In this document: one piece after another, positions 35,594 through 46,337 of the stretch
Position numbering within the stretch: position 1 is the stretch's first letter
How the letters are laid out: every line of letters starts with the position of its first letter
Assembly: GCA_017514235.1 (NCBI GenBank)
Contig: JAFWKK010000001.1
Span: 10,770-74,769, forward strand
Direction of reading: 5' to 3'
DNA length: 64,000 nt
Origin: Kiritimatiellia bacterium
GTDB lineage: Bacteria > Verrucomicrobiota > Kiritimatiellia > RFP12 > UBA1067
Made by a program: the position numbers and the translations under genes
The notes under the pieces: model-generated
Database searches by the model: none
Told to the model about the DNA's origin: nothing
Seen by the model: the letters and a program-made list of their open reading frames with translations, nothing else

Positions 35594-37588
35594 ATGAGAG
35601 CAATATCCGGAACAGTCCTTGCGGCTGCGGCTATGGCCGGCTTTGCGGCGTCTGCCGAGCCAGATTCAGCGGCTGGCATCGGAGACGTGCGTCTGAAGGG
35701 TTACCTGGGCGAGCGGCTGGACGCGATGATCGAGCACCATGTCGCGGCCCGCGATGCCGACTACATCACTGCGCCGTTCATGGAGAAGACCGAGACGAAG
35801 GGCTGGTGGCAGACCGAGTTCTGGGGCAAGTGGATGCATGCCGCAGTGCCTTACCTGCGTTATGCGGACAAGGATGTCGCGGCAACACTGGCGGAAAACG
35901 TTGAGCACGGCATCAACCGCATCCTCGCCTCGCAGGAGAGGAGCGGCTACATCGGCAACTATCCCGATGAACTCCGCTGTGGCGAAGGCTGGGACGTGTG
36001 GGGAATGAAGTACACCATGATGGGGCTTCTCCACTACTATGACAGGGCGCAGGTAACGGGTAACGGGGAACGGGCGAAGCTGGCTCTGGATGCCGCAAGG
36101 AAGCTTTGCGACTACGTAATCGCAGAGATCGGTCCCGACGGCAGGCGCGGACGCGAGCTGTGGCAGACCGGCAACTGGTCCGGCTACGCCAGCTCGTCGA
36201 TACTCGAGCCGGTGGTGTGGCTATACAACCGCATCCGCCTTCGTCAGGACTTCGGCGGACAAGCCGGTGCCCGGAAATACCTCGACTTCGCCTCGTACAT
36301 CGTGAAGGGTATGGCGGAGCCGGAGGCTGGGCCGCGGCTCGTTGACTTGGCGCTGAAGGGCGTGTCCGTTGCCGACAGGAACGGCTATGGCAACAAGCCG
36401 GAGAGTCACGGCGGATACGTGATGAAGCACAACCGCTGGAAGTCTTACGAGATGATGAGCTGCTACCAGGGAATGCTTGACTACGTTGAGGCAATGTCCG
36501 ACAGTGCCGACAGTCAGCCAGGAGCCTTGTCGCCCGTTCCGCTCGAAGACCTCCGCAAGGCCGCAATCATGACGGGTGAGGACATCGCAAGGGAGGAGGT
36601 CAACCTTGCAGGTGGCTGTGCGTCGTCCGAGGCCTGGTTCCACGGCGCGAGGAAGCAGCACCTTCCGTACCTGCGCCTTCAAGAGACGTGCGTGACGACG
36701 ACGTGGATGCGCTTTTGCGAGAAGCTGCTGGACGTGACCGGCGATGCTAAGTGGGCGGACGAGATAGAACGCACGTTCTACAACGCATATCTCGCTGCCA
36801 TGAAGTCCGACGGTTCTGAGTTCGCCGGCTACACGCCGCTTTCCGGCAGCCGTTACTACGGCCAGCACCACTGTTACATGCACACTGACTGTTGCACGGC
36901 GAACGGTCCGCGCGGGTTCCTGTGCTTCCTGAAGAAATTCTTCCGCGTGAAGGACGGCGCGGCGGAGTTCAACTTCTACGGGTCCGCGCTCGTCCATGGC
37001 GAGCTTCCGGGCGGACGCAACATAGCGTTCGACATGTACTCGCTCTATCCGAGGACTGGCTATGCACGGATCGTCAGCCACACCGAAGGCCCCGTGCCGC
37101 TCCGCCTTAGGATTCCGGCATGGAGCGCGAACACGTCGGTGAAGCTGAACGGCAGCGTGCTTGACGGTGTTGCGGCAGGCGGCTACTTCACGGTCAACCG
37201 CGAGTGGAAGTTCGGCGACATAGTCGAGGTCTCGTTTGACATGCCGGTAGTCGCGCACGTGATGGAGCACCATGTCGCGTTCACGCGCGGACCTGTGCTG
37301 CTGACTCGCGACAGCCGCTTCGCCGACGGCGACATGGCCGAGCCGTTCCGCAGGGGCACCGTTAAGGACGGACAACACATGCCGACGTTCGCGGCGGTGC
37401 GCACGCCGTCCGACGACATGTGGATGACATTCTCCGCGACGCTGCCCGTCGGTTCCCATGACGAGAACCCGGAGGCGCGGAACCCCGCGACCGTTTTCTT
37501 CTGCGACTACGCCTCTGCGGGCAACCGGTGGCAGCGTGCCGACGCTTACCGAACCTGGTTCCCGGTCGAATACGGGCCGGACGAGTGA
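35594..37588 (+). CDS. Secreted GH127-like beta-L-arabinofuranosidase family glycoside hydrolase
   Basis: Signal peptide; WQTEFWGKW, WDVWGMKY, QETCVTTTW, IERTFYNA, CCTANGPRG, LRLRIPAWS, RGPVLL. Confidence 0.85.
   Translation: MRAISGTVLAAAAMAGFAASAEPDSAAGIGDVRLKGYLGERLDAMIEHHVAARDADYITAPFMEKTETKGWWQTEFWGKWMHAAVPYLRYADKDVAATLAENVEHGINRILASQERSGYIGNYPDELRCGEGWDVWGMKYTMMGLLHYYDRAQVTGNGERAKLALDAARKLCDYVIAEIGPDGRRGRELWQTGNWSGYASSSILEPVVWLYNRIRLRQDFGGQAGARKYLDFASYIVKGMAEPEAGPRLVDLALKGVSVADRNGYGNKPESHGGYVMKHNRWKSYEMMSCYQGMLDYVEAMSDSADSQPGALSPVPLEDLRKAAIMTGEDIAREEVNLAGGCASSEAWFHGARKQHLPYLRLQETCVTTTWMRFCEKLLDVTGDAKWADEIERTFYNAYLAAMKSDGSEFAGYTPLSGSRYYGQHHCYMHTDCCTANGPRGFLCFLKKFFRVKDGAAEFNFYGSALVHGELPGGRNIAFDMYSLYPRTGYARIVSHTEGPVPLRLRIPAWSANTSVKLNGSVLDGVAAGGYFTVNREWKFGDIVEVSFDMPVVAHVMEHHVAFTRGPVLLTRDSRFADGDMAEPFRRGTVKDGQHMPTFAAVRTPSDDMWMTFSATLPVGSHDENPEARNPATVFFCDYASAGNRWQRADAYRTWFPVEYGPDE
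36052..36072 (+). repeat. Three-copy heptamer repeat inserted in frame in the GH127 gene
   Basis: GGTAACG GGTAACG GGGAACG (21 nt), encoding VTGNGER. Confidence 0.7.
36234..36259. repeat. Short palindromic REP-like element inside the GH127 gene
   Basis: TCCGCC-ttcgtcaggacttc-GGCGGA inverted repeat, encoding RLRQDFGG. Confidence 0.55.
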
Positions 37589-39186
37589 TAACGGATCTGC
37601 TAAGGAAGCTTGCTCGGGTCGCGTGGTTCCTCCCGGGTTTTCTCCTGTGGGCGGCGTATCCGCCGATGGGTGAGAAGACCGACGTCCTTTTCGCTCTGGC
37701 ACCGCTCATGTGGCTGTCGCGGCGCGGAGACGCGCGTGAAAGCGCGAAACGCTGGTTCCAGAACGGTGCGTTCTACTGGGTAGCGACGCTTTCGTGGATG
37801 CCGGCGATCGTAAAGAACGGCGGACCGTGGCCGCTCGTGGTGCTGGGTTGGTTCGCGTTAGCTGCCTACTGCGCCGGGTATTTCGCGCTGTTCGGGTGGC
37901 TCTCCGCCAAGGTCTGGCGTTGGACGCGCGACGGCGGCTACGGCAGGCGGCTTTTCGCCGTATTCCTGGCAGAGCCGCTTCTCTGGTGCGGACTTGAGCT
38001 TTTGCGTAGCCGGCTCTTCGGCGGGTTCTCGTGGAACCAGCTTGGCGTCGTGCCGGCCAACGGAGGCTTCGGTGCGCCGGCGGCCATCGGCGGCGTCTAT
38101 CTGTTGTCGGCCGTCGTCATTCTCATAAACGGCACGGTCGCCGGCATCGCCGAGCGCGTGATGCGCCAGGTGCCGCGCCTGGCCGGCATCGAGACGTTGC
38201 TTGCGACATGCTGCGTGTTCGGCGTCTATTGGGCGTCGTCATTCGTATCCTTGCCGGATCCGGCGCATGCGCGGCAAATAAAGGTTGCGCTGGTGCAGAG
38301 AAACTTCCCGTGCGTGTTTAAGGGCCGCGAGGCGAATCCGTACGAGATTTACAGCAAGCTTCTTGAATCAGCCGCTGCGCTGAAGCCAGACCTAGTGATC
38401 CTGCCGGAAAGCGGGCTTTGCGAGTTCGGTCCGGTCGATCAGCAGGGGGCGGTGCGCTTCGCGGACTGGGTGAAGGAGAAGACAGGCGCTTCGCTTCTCA
38501 CGGGCGGCACGCGTTTCTCGGACGGCAGGGAGTACAACAGCGCGGCCTTGTATTCTGGCGGAGACATACGCGTGTACGACAAGGTTCACCTTGTGCCCTT
38601 TGGGGAGTTCATACCCGGAGACAAGTGGATAACCGCGCTTCAGAAGCTGGCTCCCGTAGGCAGCTGTACGCCCGGCGAGCTGAAGACGCTTCCGGTTGAT
38701 CAGAGCGACGACGGCGCCAGGCTGGGCGTTGCAATCTGCTATGAGGATACCGACTCCGCGCAGATGCGCGCGCTTGCGAAGATGGGAGCGGGAATGCTGG
38801 TGTTCATCACGAACGACAGCTGGTTCTCCCGTTCCATCGAGGCGGAACAGCACGCCTGGCAGGCCACGGCCCGTGCAATTGAGACGGGCCTTCCCGTGGT
38901 GCGTGTCGGGAACAACGGCGTAACGGGCACTATCGCGCCGGACGGCAAGGTGTCATGGCTGCCAGGCCCTGACGGGCGGCCGCTCGTGGACGCGCAGGGC
39001 AGCATGCTTGACCGCATCGCCCTTGCCCCTGTGCTTGGCGAAGACAGCGGTTGCCGCGGCGCCCTCACGCCATACGTGGCGTTTGGCGACTGGCCGCTCT
39101 GCGTAACATTTGCACTTCTCATACTGGCGATGATTTTGGTAAAATACGCGCACCGACATGAAAAACGAAGATACCTGTCCATGTAA
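37585..39186 (+). CDS. lnt: Apolipoprotein N-acyltransferase
   Basis: N-terminal TM block, [13 protein letters not shown] triad ([23 protein letters not shown]), ITNDSWF, RAIETG; GTGA coupling. Confidence 0.95.
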   Translation: MITDLLRKLARVAWFLPGFLLWAAYPPMGEKTDVLFALAPLMWLSRRGDARESAKRWFQNGAFYWVATLSWMPAIVKNGGPWPLVVLGWFALAAYCAGYFALFGWLSAKVWRWTRDGGYGRRLFAVFLAEPLLWCGLELLRSRLFGGFSWNQLGVVPANGGFGAPAAIGGVYLLSAVVILINGTVAGIAERVMRQVPRLAGIETLLATCCVFGVYWASSFVSLPDPAHARQIKVALVQRNFPCVFKGREANPYEIYSKLLESAAALKPDLVILPESGLCEFGPVDQQGAVRFADWVKEKTGASLLTGGTRFSDGREYNSAALYSGGDIRVYDKVHLVPFGEFIPGDKWITALQKLAPVGSCTPGELKTLPVDQSDDGARLGVAICYEDTDSAQMRALAKMGAGMLVFITNDSWFSRSIEAEQHAWQATARAIETGLPVVRVGNNGVTGTIAPDGKVSWLPGPDGRPLVDAQGSMLDRIALAPVLGEDSGCRGALTPYVAFGDWPLCVTFALLILAMILVKYAHRHEKRRYLSM

Positions 39187-39664
39187 GTCCGGAAAGACAT
39201 TCGGAGAATGCTGCGGTCCGATCATCGCGGGCGAGGCGAAGGCCGAGACGGCCGAGGCCCTGATGCGCGCGCGCTATGCGTCGTACGTTACCGGCGACGT
39301 CGGCTTCCTTAAAACCAGTGCCACCAAGGAGGTCCAGGCGGAGTTCGACGAGGCGGCGTCAAAGGCGTGGAGCGCGTCGGCCGAATGGCACGGCCTGGAG
39401 ATAATTCGCACCGAGCGCGGCGGCACTGGCGATTCCGACGGCGTTGTGGAGTTCCGTGCGCTCTACACGGCGAACGGCGAGTTCTGCAACCATCACGAGG
39501 TCTCGCAGTTCGTGAGGGAGAAAGACGGCTGGAAGTTCGCCGACGGCGAGCTCGTCGGCGAGAAGCCGATTGTTCGCGAGGAGCCGAAGATAGGTCGCAA
39601 CGACCTATGCCCGTGCGGCAGCGGCAAGAAGTACAAGAAATGCTGCGGACGCGGCAAGAACTGA
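39158..39664 (+). CDS. YchJ-family protein with two SEC-C motifs
   Basis: [57 protein letters not shown]. Confidence 0.92.
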   Translation: MKNEDTCPCKSGKTFGECCGPIIAGEAKAETAEALMRARYASYVTGDVGFLKTSATKEVQAEFDEAASKAWSASAEWHGLEIIRTERGGTGDSDGVVEFRALYTANGEFCNHHEVSQFVREKDGWKFADGELVGEKPIVREEPKIGRNDLCPCGSGKKYKKCCGRGKN

Positions 39665-39668
39665 CGGC

Positions 39669-40211
39669 GTGAGCAGCAATCCCGATTTCGACAGGTGGTA
39701 CGCCGCAAAGAGCGCCAGGTTCATCGTTGAGCCCAGCCACCGCCTTGAGACGTTCGGCAACACGCTGGTAAACTACCATCTTGTCTCGGAGCTTGCCGAC
39801 AGGCCGGGCAAGGTGCGTATCCGCGAAGGGCGACTGGAGGCTCACCAGCCGCGCGTCATATCGCCGCACTTCGTGCCGCCCGAGATGGAGGGCTTTGGCG
39901 AGGAGGCGCGGGAGTATTTCGAGTTCCTCAGGCAGACGGAGGAGCGGCTGCGCATACTGCAGTACGGATATCACCTCAAGAGCGACAACTTCTCCGAGCA
40001 GATCGTAACCGACCGTATCTCCGCGGTGACGGAGCGCGTCAAGGCCGAGGTCATCGCCTCGCGCGACGTGTTCGCCGCAGTGATCCAGGGCGTGGACGAG
40101 CCGTGGGACGTCGCGCTCATCGAGCTGTGGTTGCGCGAGATACGGCGTAGCGCCGGGAACAACATTCGCGAGCTTGACGAGAAGGGGCTTCTGTATGGAA
40201 AGAACGACTAA
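39669..40211 (+). CDS. Hypothetical protein
   Basis: 180-aa ORF tightly packed in the operon with genome-like codon usage. Confidence 0.7.
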   Translation: MSSNPDFDRWYAAKSARFIVEPSHRLETFGNTLVNYHLVSELADRPGKVRIREGRLEAHQPRVISPHFVPPEMEGFGEEAREYFEFLRQTEERLRILQYGYHLKSDNFSEQIVTDRISAVTERVKAEVIASRDVFAAVIQGVDEPWDVALIELWLREIRRSAGNNIRELDEKGLLYGKND

Positions 40212-41103
40212 GACGATCGCAATCGCCAACCAGAAGGGCGGCGTGGGCAAGACCACGACGGTCGTGAACCTCGCCGCGGCGCTGGCGGCGCGCCACCGCT
40301 CGGTGCTGGTCGTGGACCTGGATCCTCAGGCGCATGCGACGCTCGGCCTCGGCCTTGAGAAGCAGGCGAGCGTGTCGATGTACGCCGTGCTGACGGGAGT
40401 CCGCGACATCGCGGACGTTATCCAGCCGACGAAGTGGAACAACCTCAACGTCATTCCGTCGGAGGTGGATCTCGCCGGCGCGGAGCTCGAGTTCGGCACT
40501 CGTCCAGACCGTCTGGAGATGATACGCAACGCCCTCGCGCCGGTAAAGGCGTCCGGTGCGTTCGACTACATCCTGCTCGATTGTCCGCCGTCCCTTGGCA
40601 TCGTCATGACTGCCGCGCTCGTTGCAACCGACGGCGTGCTCATTCCCATTCAGGCGGAGTTCTTGGCGATGGACGGGCTGGCGTTGATCACGGGCTCGAT
40701 AGATCGCGTCCGGCGCGGACCCAACCCCGTCCTTGAGCTGAACGGCATCGTATTCACCATGGTCAACTTCGTGGCGAAGCTGACGCACGACGTGATGGCG
40801 GAGGTGCGCGGGCATTTCGGTGACCGGGTCTATGAAACGCTGATACCGCGCAACGTGCGAGTGTCGGAGGCGATGTCGATGGGAACGCCGGTCGTCTATC
40901 TCGATCCGCGTTCGAAGGGATCCGAGGCTTACAAGGCGTTCGCATGGGAGTTCATGGCGAAGAATCCGACGCGGTTCTCCGCGCCGAAGCAGACGACGCC
41001 GCTTGCGGCGACCCCGCACGAGGACAAGCCTGATGAGGCTCAGCGCGATAATACCGTCGCGTCCGGCGGAGCCGACGCTCCCGCAGACGCTCCGGTCGCT
41101 TGA
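40195..41103 (+). CDS. parA: ParA/Soj-family ATPase
   Basis: IANQKGGVGKTTT, VDLDPQ, LAGAE, LDCPPSLG, IPIQAEF, IPRNVRVSEA. Confidence 0.9.
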   Translation: MERTTKTIAIANQKGGVGKTTTVVNLAAALAARHRSVLVVDLDPQAHATLGLGLEKQASVSMYAVLTGVRDIADVIQPTKWNNLNVIPSEVDLAGAELEFGTRPDRLEMIRNALAPVKASGAFDYILLDCPPSLGIVMTAALVATDGVLIPIQAEFLAMDGLALITGSIDRVRRGPNPVLELNGIVFTMVNFVAKLTHDVMAEVRGHFGDRVYETLIPRNVRVSEAMSMGTPVVYLDPRSKGSEAYKAFAWEFMAKNPTRFSAPKQTTPLAATPHEDKPDEAQRDNTVASGGADAPADAPVA

Positions 41104-41926
41104 CGTCGCTGCGGCCGGGCTGAACGTCGAGCGCATCGTCGTCACCGACGATGCGCTGCGCGGCCTCTCCTGGGCGCGCAACCGCGGGTTGGATAAGGCG
41201 ACTGGCGACGCCGTGTTCTTCGTCGATGCCGACGACACGGTGCGTCCTGACTTCTTCCGGCGGCTGTCTGCGGCGCTTGAGTCGTCCGGCGCGGACTTCG
41301 TGCTATCCTCGTTCGACTACGCGCCGCTGAAGCGCGACTACTGCCTTTCTGGCAACGAGGTGATCCGTGCGGCGATGCTGCCTGCCTTCTTCGGCTACTC
41401 GTTTGACGACGTGCGCCGCTGGAACGTTGGCGGCGACCTTCACGCACGGCGCGAGCAGGGCGGCGTATGGCGGTGCGCGTTCAGGCGCGATTTTCTCGAA
41501 CGCCACTCGATCCGCTTCGATGAGAGCCTGCGCCTCTACGAGGATTCACCGTTCATAGCGGAATGCGCTGCCCGCGCCGGGAAGGTCGCCTCGATTCCGG
41601 ACGTCCTGTACGACTATTCCCCGGGTCCGCACGGCATACTCGCGACGACGCTCGGCACGGACCGATACTTCGAATACAAGTTTGCAGCACTCGAGAACCG
41701 AAAGGCGATCGCAGGGCGCGTCGGCGGCGGTGCGATGCGGTACTTCGCCGCGAGCGCGGTATTCTCGTCAATGGAACTGCTGAAGGCCCGCCGCGACTGG
41801 CGGCGCTATGTCGCCGACCCGTTCGTCACCGAATCGCTTCGGACCTTTCCATGCGCCCTCCGCCATCCCCTGACGGCCGCGGCGGTCGCGTTCCTGCGTT
41901 GTGCGGGCGCCGGTGTTGTGGTATAA
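41033..41926 (+). CDS. Family 2 glycosyltransferase
   Basis: LSAIIP, GLSWARNRGL..ATGD..FFVDADD, VW...FRRDFL, FDE..LYED. Confidence 0.85.
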   Translation: MRLSAIIPSRPAEPTLPQTLRSLDVAAAGLNVERIVVTDDALRGLSWARNRGLDKATGDAVFFVDADDTVRPDFFRRLSAALESSGADFVLSSFDYAPLKRDYCLSGNEVIRAAMLPAFFGYSFDDVRRWNVGGDLHARREQGGVWRCAFRRDFLERHSIRFDESLRLYEDSPFIAECAARAGKVASIPDVLYDYSPGPHGILATTLGTDRYFEYKFAALENRKAIAGRVGGGAMRYFAASAVFSSMELLKARRDWRRYVADPFVTESLRTFPCALRHPLTAAAVAFLRCAGAGVVV

Positions 41927-41927
41927 T
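41899..41927 (+). promoter_or_regulatory. Sigma70 promoter, probably leaderless
   Basis: TTGTGC, 17 nt, TATAAT (preceded by TGG); ATG 8 nt downstream. Confidence 0.65.
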
Positions 41928-41935
41928 CCGTTGTC

Positions 41936-42814
41936 ATGAGAACGAATGTGCATGCCGTGAGCCTTGTCCATGCCGTGCTGCTGTCGGCTTTCGTAGCGTT
42001 TGGGGAGCCGCAGGCCGATGCCAGCCGCGTCGTAGCCGGCGGAGAGCCGAAGATATCGGTCTTCGCTAACGCCATACACAGAACTGCGAAGGAACGCGGA
42101 GTCTCGCTGGCCGAGGCGGCGGACTTGCTTTATGGCCTTGGCATCCGAGGCTTCGACACTAGCGTGTTCGACGGGAACCTCCAGGCGCTAGCGGCGACTA
42201 AACTGAAGCCTATCAATCTCTATTGCTTTCCGGACATGTATGCGGCCGACAACGGGGCGGAGGAGTGCGCCCGGGTGCTTGACGCGGCGGAGAAGTACGG
42301 CGTGCCGCGCGTCATGGTCGTGCCGTCCAACTTCAGGAAGAACGGCGACAAGGAGGCCGACTTCGCGAAGGTGCTTTCTGGCATGAGGATATTTGTTGAC
42401 GAGGGGAGCAAGCGCGGCATCACTATAACGGTTGAGGATTTCGGAGGCACCGAGAACCCGTGCTCGAGCGCGAGTCGCCTGAAGCGTATGCTGGACGAGA
42501 TTCCCGGCCTTCGCTTTGCGCTTGACAGCGGCAACCTGTATTACGCCGGTCGCGGCGACGACATCGTAGACATGATGAAGTACGCCAAGGGGCGCATCGA
42601 GCACGTGCATCTCAAGGACCAGCTGAAGGAAGACTGCCGCAAGTACGCGACGCTCGGCCTCGGTGCGGTCCCCAATGAGACGATAGTGAAGTCGCTGGCC
42701 GCCGACGGCTACGACGGCTGGTACACGCTTGAGAACCTCGTCGGACCTGCCTACCTGGACGCCGTCCGGCAGGTGGCCGTGCTGAAGGCGTGGCTTGCAG
42801 AGAAGGGAAAATAG
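41936..42814 (+). CDS. Sugar phosphate isomerase/epimerase (xylose isomerase-like TIM barrel) with signal peptide
   Basis: ITVED, ALDSGN, HVHLKD, LGLGAV, YDGWYTLE metal-site motifs. Confidence 0.8.
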   Translation: MRTNVHAVSLVHAVLLSAFVAFGEPQADASRVVAGGEPKISVFANAIHRTAKERGVSLAEAADLLYGLGIRGFDTSVFDGNLQALAATKLKPINLYCFPDMYAADNGAEECARVLDAAEKYGVPRVMVVPSNFRKNGDKEADFAKVLSGMRIFVDEGSKRGITITVEDFGGTENPCSSASRLKRMLDEIPGLRFALDSGNLYYAGRGDDIVDMMKYAKGRIEHVHLKDQLKEDCRKYATLGLGAVPNETIVKSLAADGYDGWYTLENLVGPAYLDAVRQVAVLKAWLAEKGK

Positions 42815-42842
42815 AGAATCCGATCGAAAGGAGTTCCAGACA

Positions 42843-44150
42843 ATGTCAGCATACGGGAAAGAGGAAGTCGTAGCGTTCCACCGCGGAGGCAAGGTCGCGG
42901 TCTCGCTGCCAAAGCCGCTGAGGACGAAGGACGACCTATGCCTTGCCTACACGCCTGGCGTGGCGCATGCGGTGAAGGCGGTTGCTGCAGATCCAAACGC
43001 CGTCTACGACGTGACGGCCAAGCCGAACCTGGTGGCCGTTGTGTCCGATGGCACCGCGATACTCGGTCTGGGCGACCTGGGCGCCGCGGCGTCCATTCCG
43101 GTAATGGAGGGCAAGGCCGTACTCTTCAAGTCGTTCGGCGACGTGGACGCCTGGCCGGTGCCTCTCGACAGGTGTCGCGCCGGCGGACGGAGCGATGGCA
43201 AGACCGATCCGCAGCGCGTCATCGACGCGGTGATGGCCATCGCCCCGCAGTATGGCGGCGTCAACCTCGAGGACATTGCGGCGCCGGCGTGCTTTGAGAT
43301 AGAGGACAAGCTCGATGCCGCGCTTGACATTCCCGTCTTTCACGACGACCAGTGGGGGACGGCGGTCATAGCGCTCTCCGGCGTGATGAACTATGCGAAG
43401 ATTGCAGGCCGTCCGCTGGACTCGCTCAAGGTCGTCATCAACGGGGCCGGGGCGGCCGGCATACGCATCTGCGACATGCTGAAGGCCGCAGGCGCCCGCG
43501 ACGTTACGATGTGCGACAGCAAAGGCACGATACGCAAGGACCGCACCGACCTCAATCCTTTCAAGGCCCGCCACGCCGTCGACACGTGCGCGAAGACGCT
43601 GAAGGAGGCGATTGCCGGAGCCGACGTGTTCATCGGGGTTTCGGCGGCCAACGTGCTTTCTGGCGACGACGTGAAGTCGATGGGCGCATTCCCAGCGATC
43701 TTCGCGATGGCGAATCCCGACCCCGAGATTACACCGGAGGCCGCCACCGCCGCACTCTCCGGCCGCCGTTTCGTGATGGTGACGGGACGGAGCGACTATC
43801 CGAACCAGATCAACAACGTCCTCGGCTTCCCGTACCTGTTCCGCGGGGCGCTTGACGCGCGCGCCACGACGATTAACATGGAGATGAAGGTCGCGGCCGC
43901 GAACGCCCTCGCCGCACTGGCCCAGAAGCCCGTGCCAGACGACGTGAAGGCCCTGTATCCGAGCGAGACGCTGGAGTTCGGCGAAGGTTACCTCATACCG
44001 AAGCCGTTCGACCGCCGCCTGTTCACAGAGGTCTCCTTTGCAGTCGCCGAGGCCGCCGTCAGGTCCGGCGTCGCGCGCACCGCGCTCGACCTCGCCGCAT
44101 ACCGGCAGGATCTCGAACGCCGCAATGAGACTAGACAGGCGAATACTTGA
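42843..44150 (+). CDS. NAD(P)-dependent malic enzyme
   Basis: [83 protein letters not shown]. Confidence 0.95.
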   Translation: MSAYGKEEVVAFHRGGKVAVSLPKPLRTKDDLCLAYTPGVAHAVKAVAADPNAVYDVTAKPNLVAVVSDGTAILGLGDLGAAASIPVMEGKAVLFKSFGDVDAWPVPLDRCRAGGRSDGKTDPQRVIDAVMAIAPQYGGVNLEDIAAPACFEIEDKLDAALDIPVFHDDQWGTAVIALSGVMNYAKIAGRPLDSLKVVINGAGAAGIRICDMLKAAGARDVTMCDSKGTIRKDRTDLNPFKARHAVDTCAKTLKEAIAGADVFIGVSAANVLSGDDVKSMGAFPAIFAMANPDPEITPEAATAALSGRRFVMVTGRSDYPNQINNVLGFPYLFRGALDARATTINMEMKVAAANALAALAQKPVPDDVKALYPSETLEFGEGYLIPKPFDRRLFTEVSFAVAEAAVRSGVARTALDLAAYRQDLERRNETRQANT

Positions 44151-45012
44151 GCTGCATCCGGACTTTTCGCGCTCACGTGCGGAGGGACTGATCAAGGCTG
44201 GGCTGGTTGCTGTGAACGGCAAGGCCGCCATAAAGGCCGGTCAGGTCGTGTCCGCAGAGGACGAGATTTCTGTCGAGATTCCGCCGCCGGCGCCTTCCGT
44301 CCCGGAGCCGGAGGACATTTCGCTCCCGGTCGTCTTTGAGGACGACGACCTGATCATCGTGGACAAGCCGCCAGGCATGGTCGTGCATCCGGCGCCAGGC
44401 CATTTCACGGGCACGCTGGTTAATGCGCTGCTTCACCGCTGCCCTAGCCTTGCCAGCATTGGCTGCGCGGCGCGCCCTGGAATCGTCCACCGCCTGGACC
44501 AGGACACTTCGGGGCTGATCGCCGTCGCAAAGACTGCGCGGGCAATGATGTCGCTTGCGCGGGCGTTCGCCAGCCATTCCCAGGTTGAGAAGACTTACCT
44601 TGCCGTCTGCCACGGTCGGCCGCCGCTCGAATCAGGACGTATCGAGAACCTGATCGGGCGCCACCCGGTGGACCGAAAGCGCATGGCGATAGTGGAGCGC
44701 AACGGCAAGGTCGCGATAACGAACTGGCGCGTGCTGACGCCACCGAGCCGTTCCAGCCTTTCTGTCATAGAGTGTCGTATTGAGACAGGCAGGACTCACC
44801 AGATCAGGGTGCACATGGCGTCGCTGAAATGTCCTGTGGCGGGCGACAGGACGTATGGCTCCCCGTCGCGCGACAAGCTTCTGGATCCGCCGCCGCCGCG
44901 TCAGATGCTTCACGCATGGCGCCTAAGCCTGCGCCACCCGGTCACAGGCGAGCCGCTTTCGTTCGAGGCCCCGGTGCCGGCGGACATGTCGCCCTACATA
45001 GATAAGCCCTAG
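44125..45012 (+). CDS. rluD: RluA-family pseudouridine synthase with S4 domain
   Basis: RLD..SRS S4 domain, DKPPGMVVHP, RPGIVHRLDQDTSG, ETGRTHQIRVH, RQMLHA. Confidence 0.88.
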   Translation: MRLDRRILELHPDFSRSRAEGLIKAGLVAVNGKAAIKAGQVVSAEDEISVEIPPPAPSVPEPEDISLPVVFEDDDLIIVDKPPGMVVHPAPGHFTGTLVNALLHRCPSLASIGCAARPGIVHRLDQDTSGLIAVAKTARAMMSLARAFASHSQVEKTYLAVCHGRPPLESGRIENLIGRHPVDRKRMAIVERNGKVAITNWRVLTPPSRSSLSVIECRIETGRTHQIRVHMASLKCPVAGDRTYGSPSRDKLLDPPPPRQMLHAWRLSLRHPVTGEPLSFEAPVPADMSPYIDKP

Positions 45013-46292
45013 CGCTGCGAGCTTAAGGGCAGCGAGGAGAAATCGAGCGTTGCGAAATAGTCGTCGAGTGTCTCGGCGCGGCGTATCTCGCGCACTGAGC
45101 CGTCCTCCTCGAGAAGAAGCTCGGCGCTGCGCAGCTTGCCGTTGTACTGGAAGCCCATCGCGTGGCCGTGCGCTCCCGCGTCGCAGATGACCACGAGGTC
45201 GTCGCGCTCCAGGACAGGCAGTACCCGCTGTATGGCGAACTTGTCGTTGTTCTCGCACAGCGAGCCGGTGACGTCGTAGACAGACGTGTCGCCGCTCGTC
45301 TCCTTGCCCGGCACGACGATCTCATGGTATGCGCCGTAGAGCGCGGGACGCATCAGGTTTGACATGCAGGCATCGAGCCCGGCGTACATGCGGTACGTGT
45401 TCTTGATGTGCCGGACGCGAGAGACGAGGTATCCGTAAGGGCCGGTGATGCAGCGTCCGCACTCCATGAAAAGCCGCAGCGGGGCGAGCCCGCGTTCGGC
45501 GACGATTGCCTTGTAAGCGGCCTCGATGCCCTTGCCGACGCGTTCCAGGTCCATCGCCGCCTGGTCGGGACGGTAGGGAATGCCGATGCCGCCGCCGATG
45601 TTGACGAAGTCGAATGAGATTTCGAGCTGCTGGGAGATGTCGGCCACGAGGTCGAAGAGCATCTTCGCGGTATCGATTATGTATTCCGGGTCAAGCTCGT
45701 TCGAAGCGACCATGGTGTGCAGGCCAAAGCGTGTGGCGCCGGCCTCCTTCAGGCGGCGGTAGCCGTCGAAGAGCTGGTCGCGCGTGAAGCCGTACTTCGC
45801 TTCCTCGGGCTTGCCGATGATGGCGTTGCCGCCCTTGAGAGGCCCGGGGTTGTAGCGGCAGCAGAAAAGGCGGTTTGCGACCGACGCCGCGTCCGCCCCG
45901 ACGGCGTCGAGGCAGTAGCCGATGTGCGTCAGGTCGTCGAAGTTGATGATGGCCCCGAGTTCCCATGCCTTCCTGAATTCCTCTGCCGGCGTGTCGTTCG
46001 ACGTGAACATGATCGACTCCCCGACGTTTCCGACCTTTTCCGCAAGGACGAGTTCGGCCATCGAGGAGCAGTCGGAGCCGAAGTCGAATCCGTCGCGCAG
46101 CAGCTGCATGATGTGGGGGTTCGGCGTTGCCTTGACGGCAAAGTATTCGCGGAAGCCCTTGTTCCACGCAAAAGCCTTCTTCAGCCGCTTGGCGTTCGAC
46201 CTGATGGCCTTGGCGTCGTAGATGTGAAATGGAGTCGGCCACCTGGCCGCGATCTCCTCCAGCTTTGCCTTGTCGAATGGTAGCGTTCTCAT
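45009..46292 (-). CDS. lysA: Diaminopimelate decarboxylase
   Basis: PTPFHIYD, YFAVKATPNP, DCSSMAEL, NIGGGIG, ECGR, MRPALYGAYH, GSLCENND, GAHGHAMG.QYN. Confidence 0.93.
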   Translation of the reverse strand: MRTLPFDKAKLEEIAARWPTPFHIYDAKAIRSNAKRLKKAFAWNKGFREYFAVKATPNPHIMQLLRDGFDFGSDCSSMAELVLAEKVGNVGESIMFTSNDTPAEEFRKAWELGAIINFDDLTHIGYCLDAVGADAASVANRLFCCRYNPGPLKGGNAIIGKPEEAKYGFTRDQLFDGYRRLKEAGATRFGLHTMVASNELDPEYIIDTAKMLFDLVADISQQLEISFDFVNIGGGIGIPYRPDQAAMDLERVGKGIEAAYKAIVAERGLAPLRLFMECGRCITGPYGYLVSRVRHIKNTYRMYAGLDACMSNLMRPALYGAYHEIVVPGKETSGDTSVYDVTGSLCENNDKFAIQRVLPVLERDDLVVICDAGAHGHAMGFQYNGKLRSAELLLEEDGSVREIRRAETLDDYFATLDFSSLPLSSQR

Positions 46293-46337
46293 GGTTGGAT
46301 TGTCTGATATTCTGGAATGTGCGAGTATTATACCAAA

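Noticed and set aside
45009-45012. Convergent rluD/lysA overlap on CTAG
   Set aside because: Shared stop-codon overlaps are common and imply no special function.
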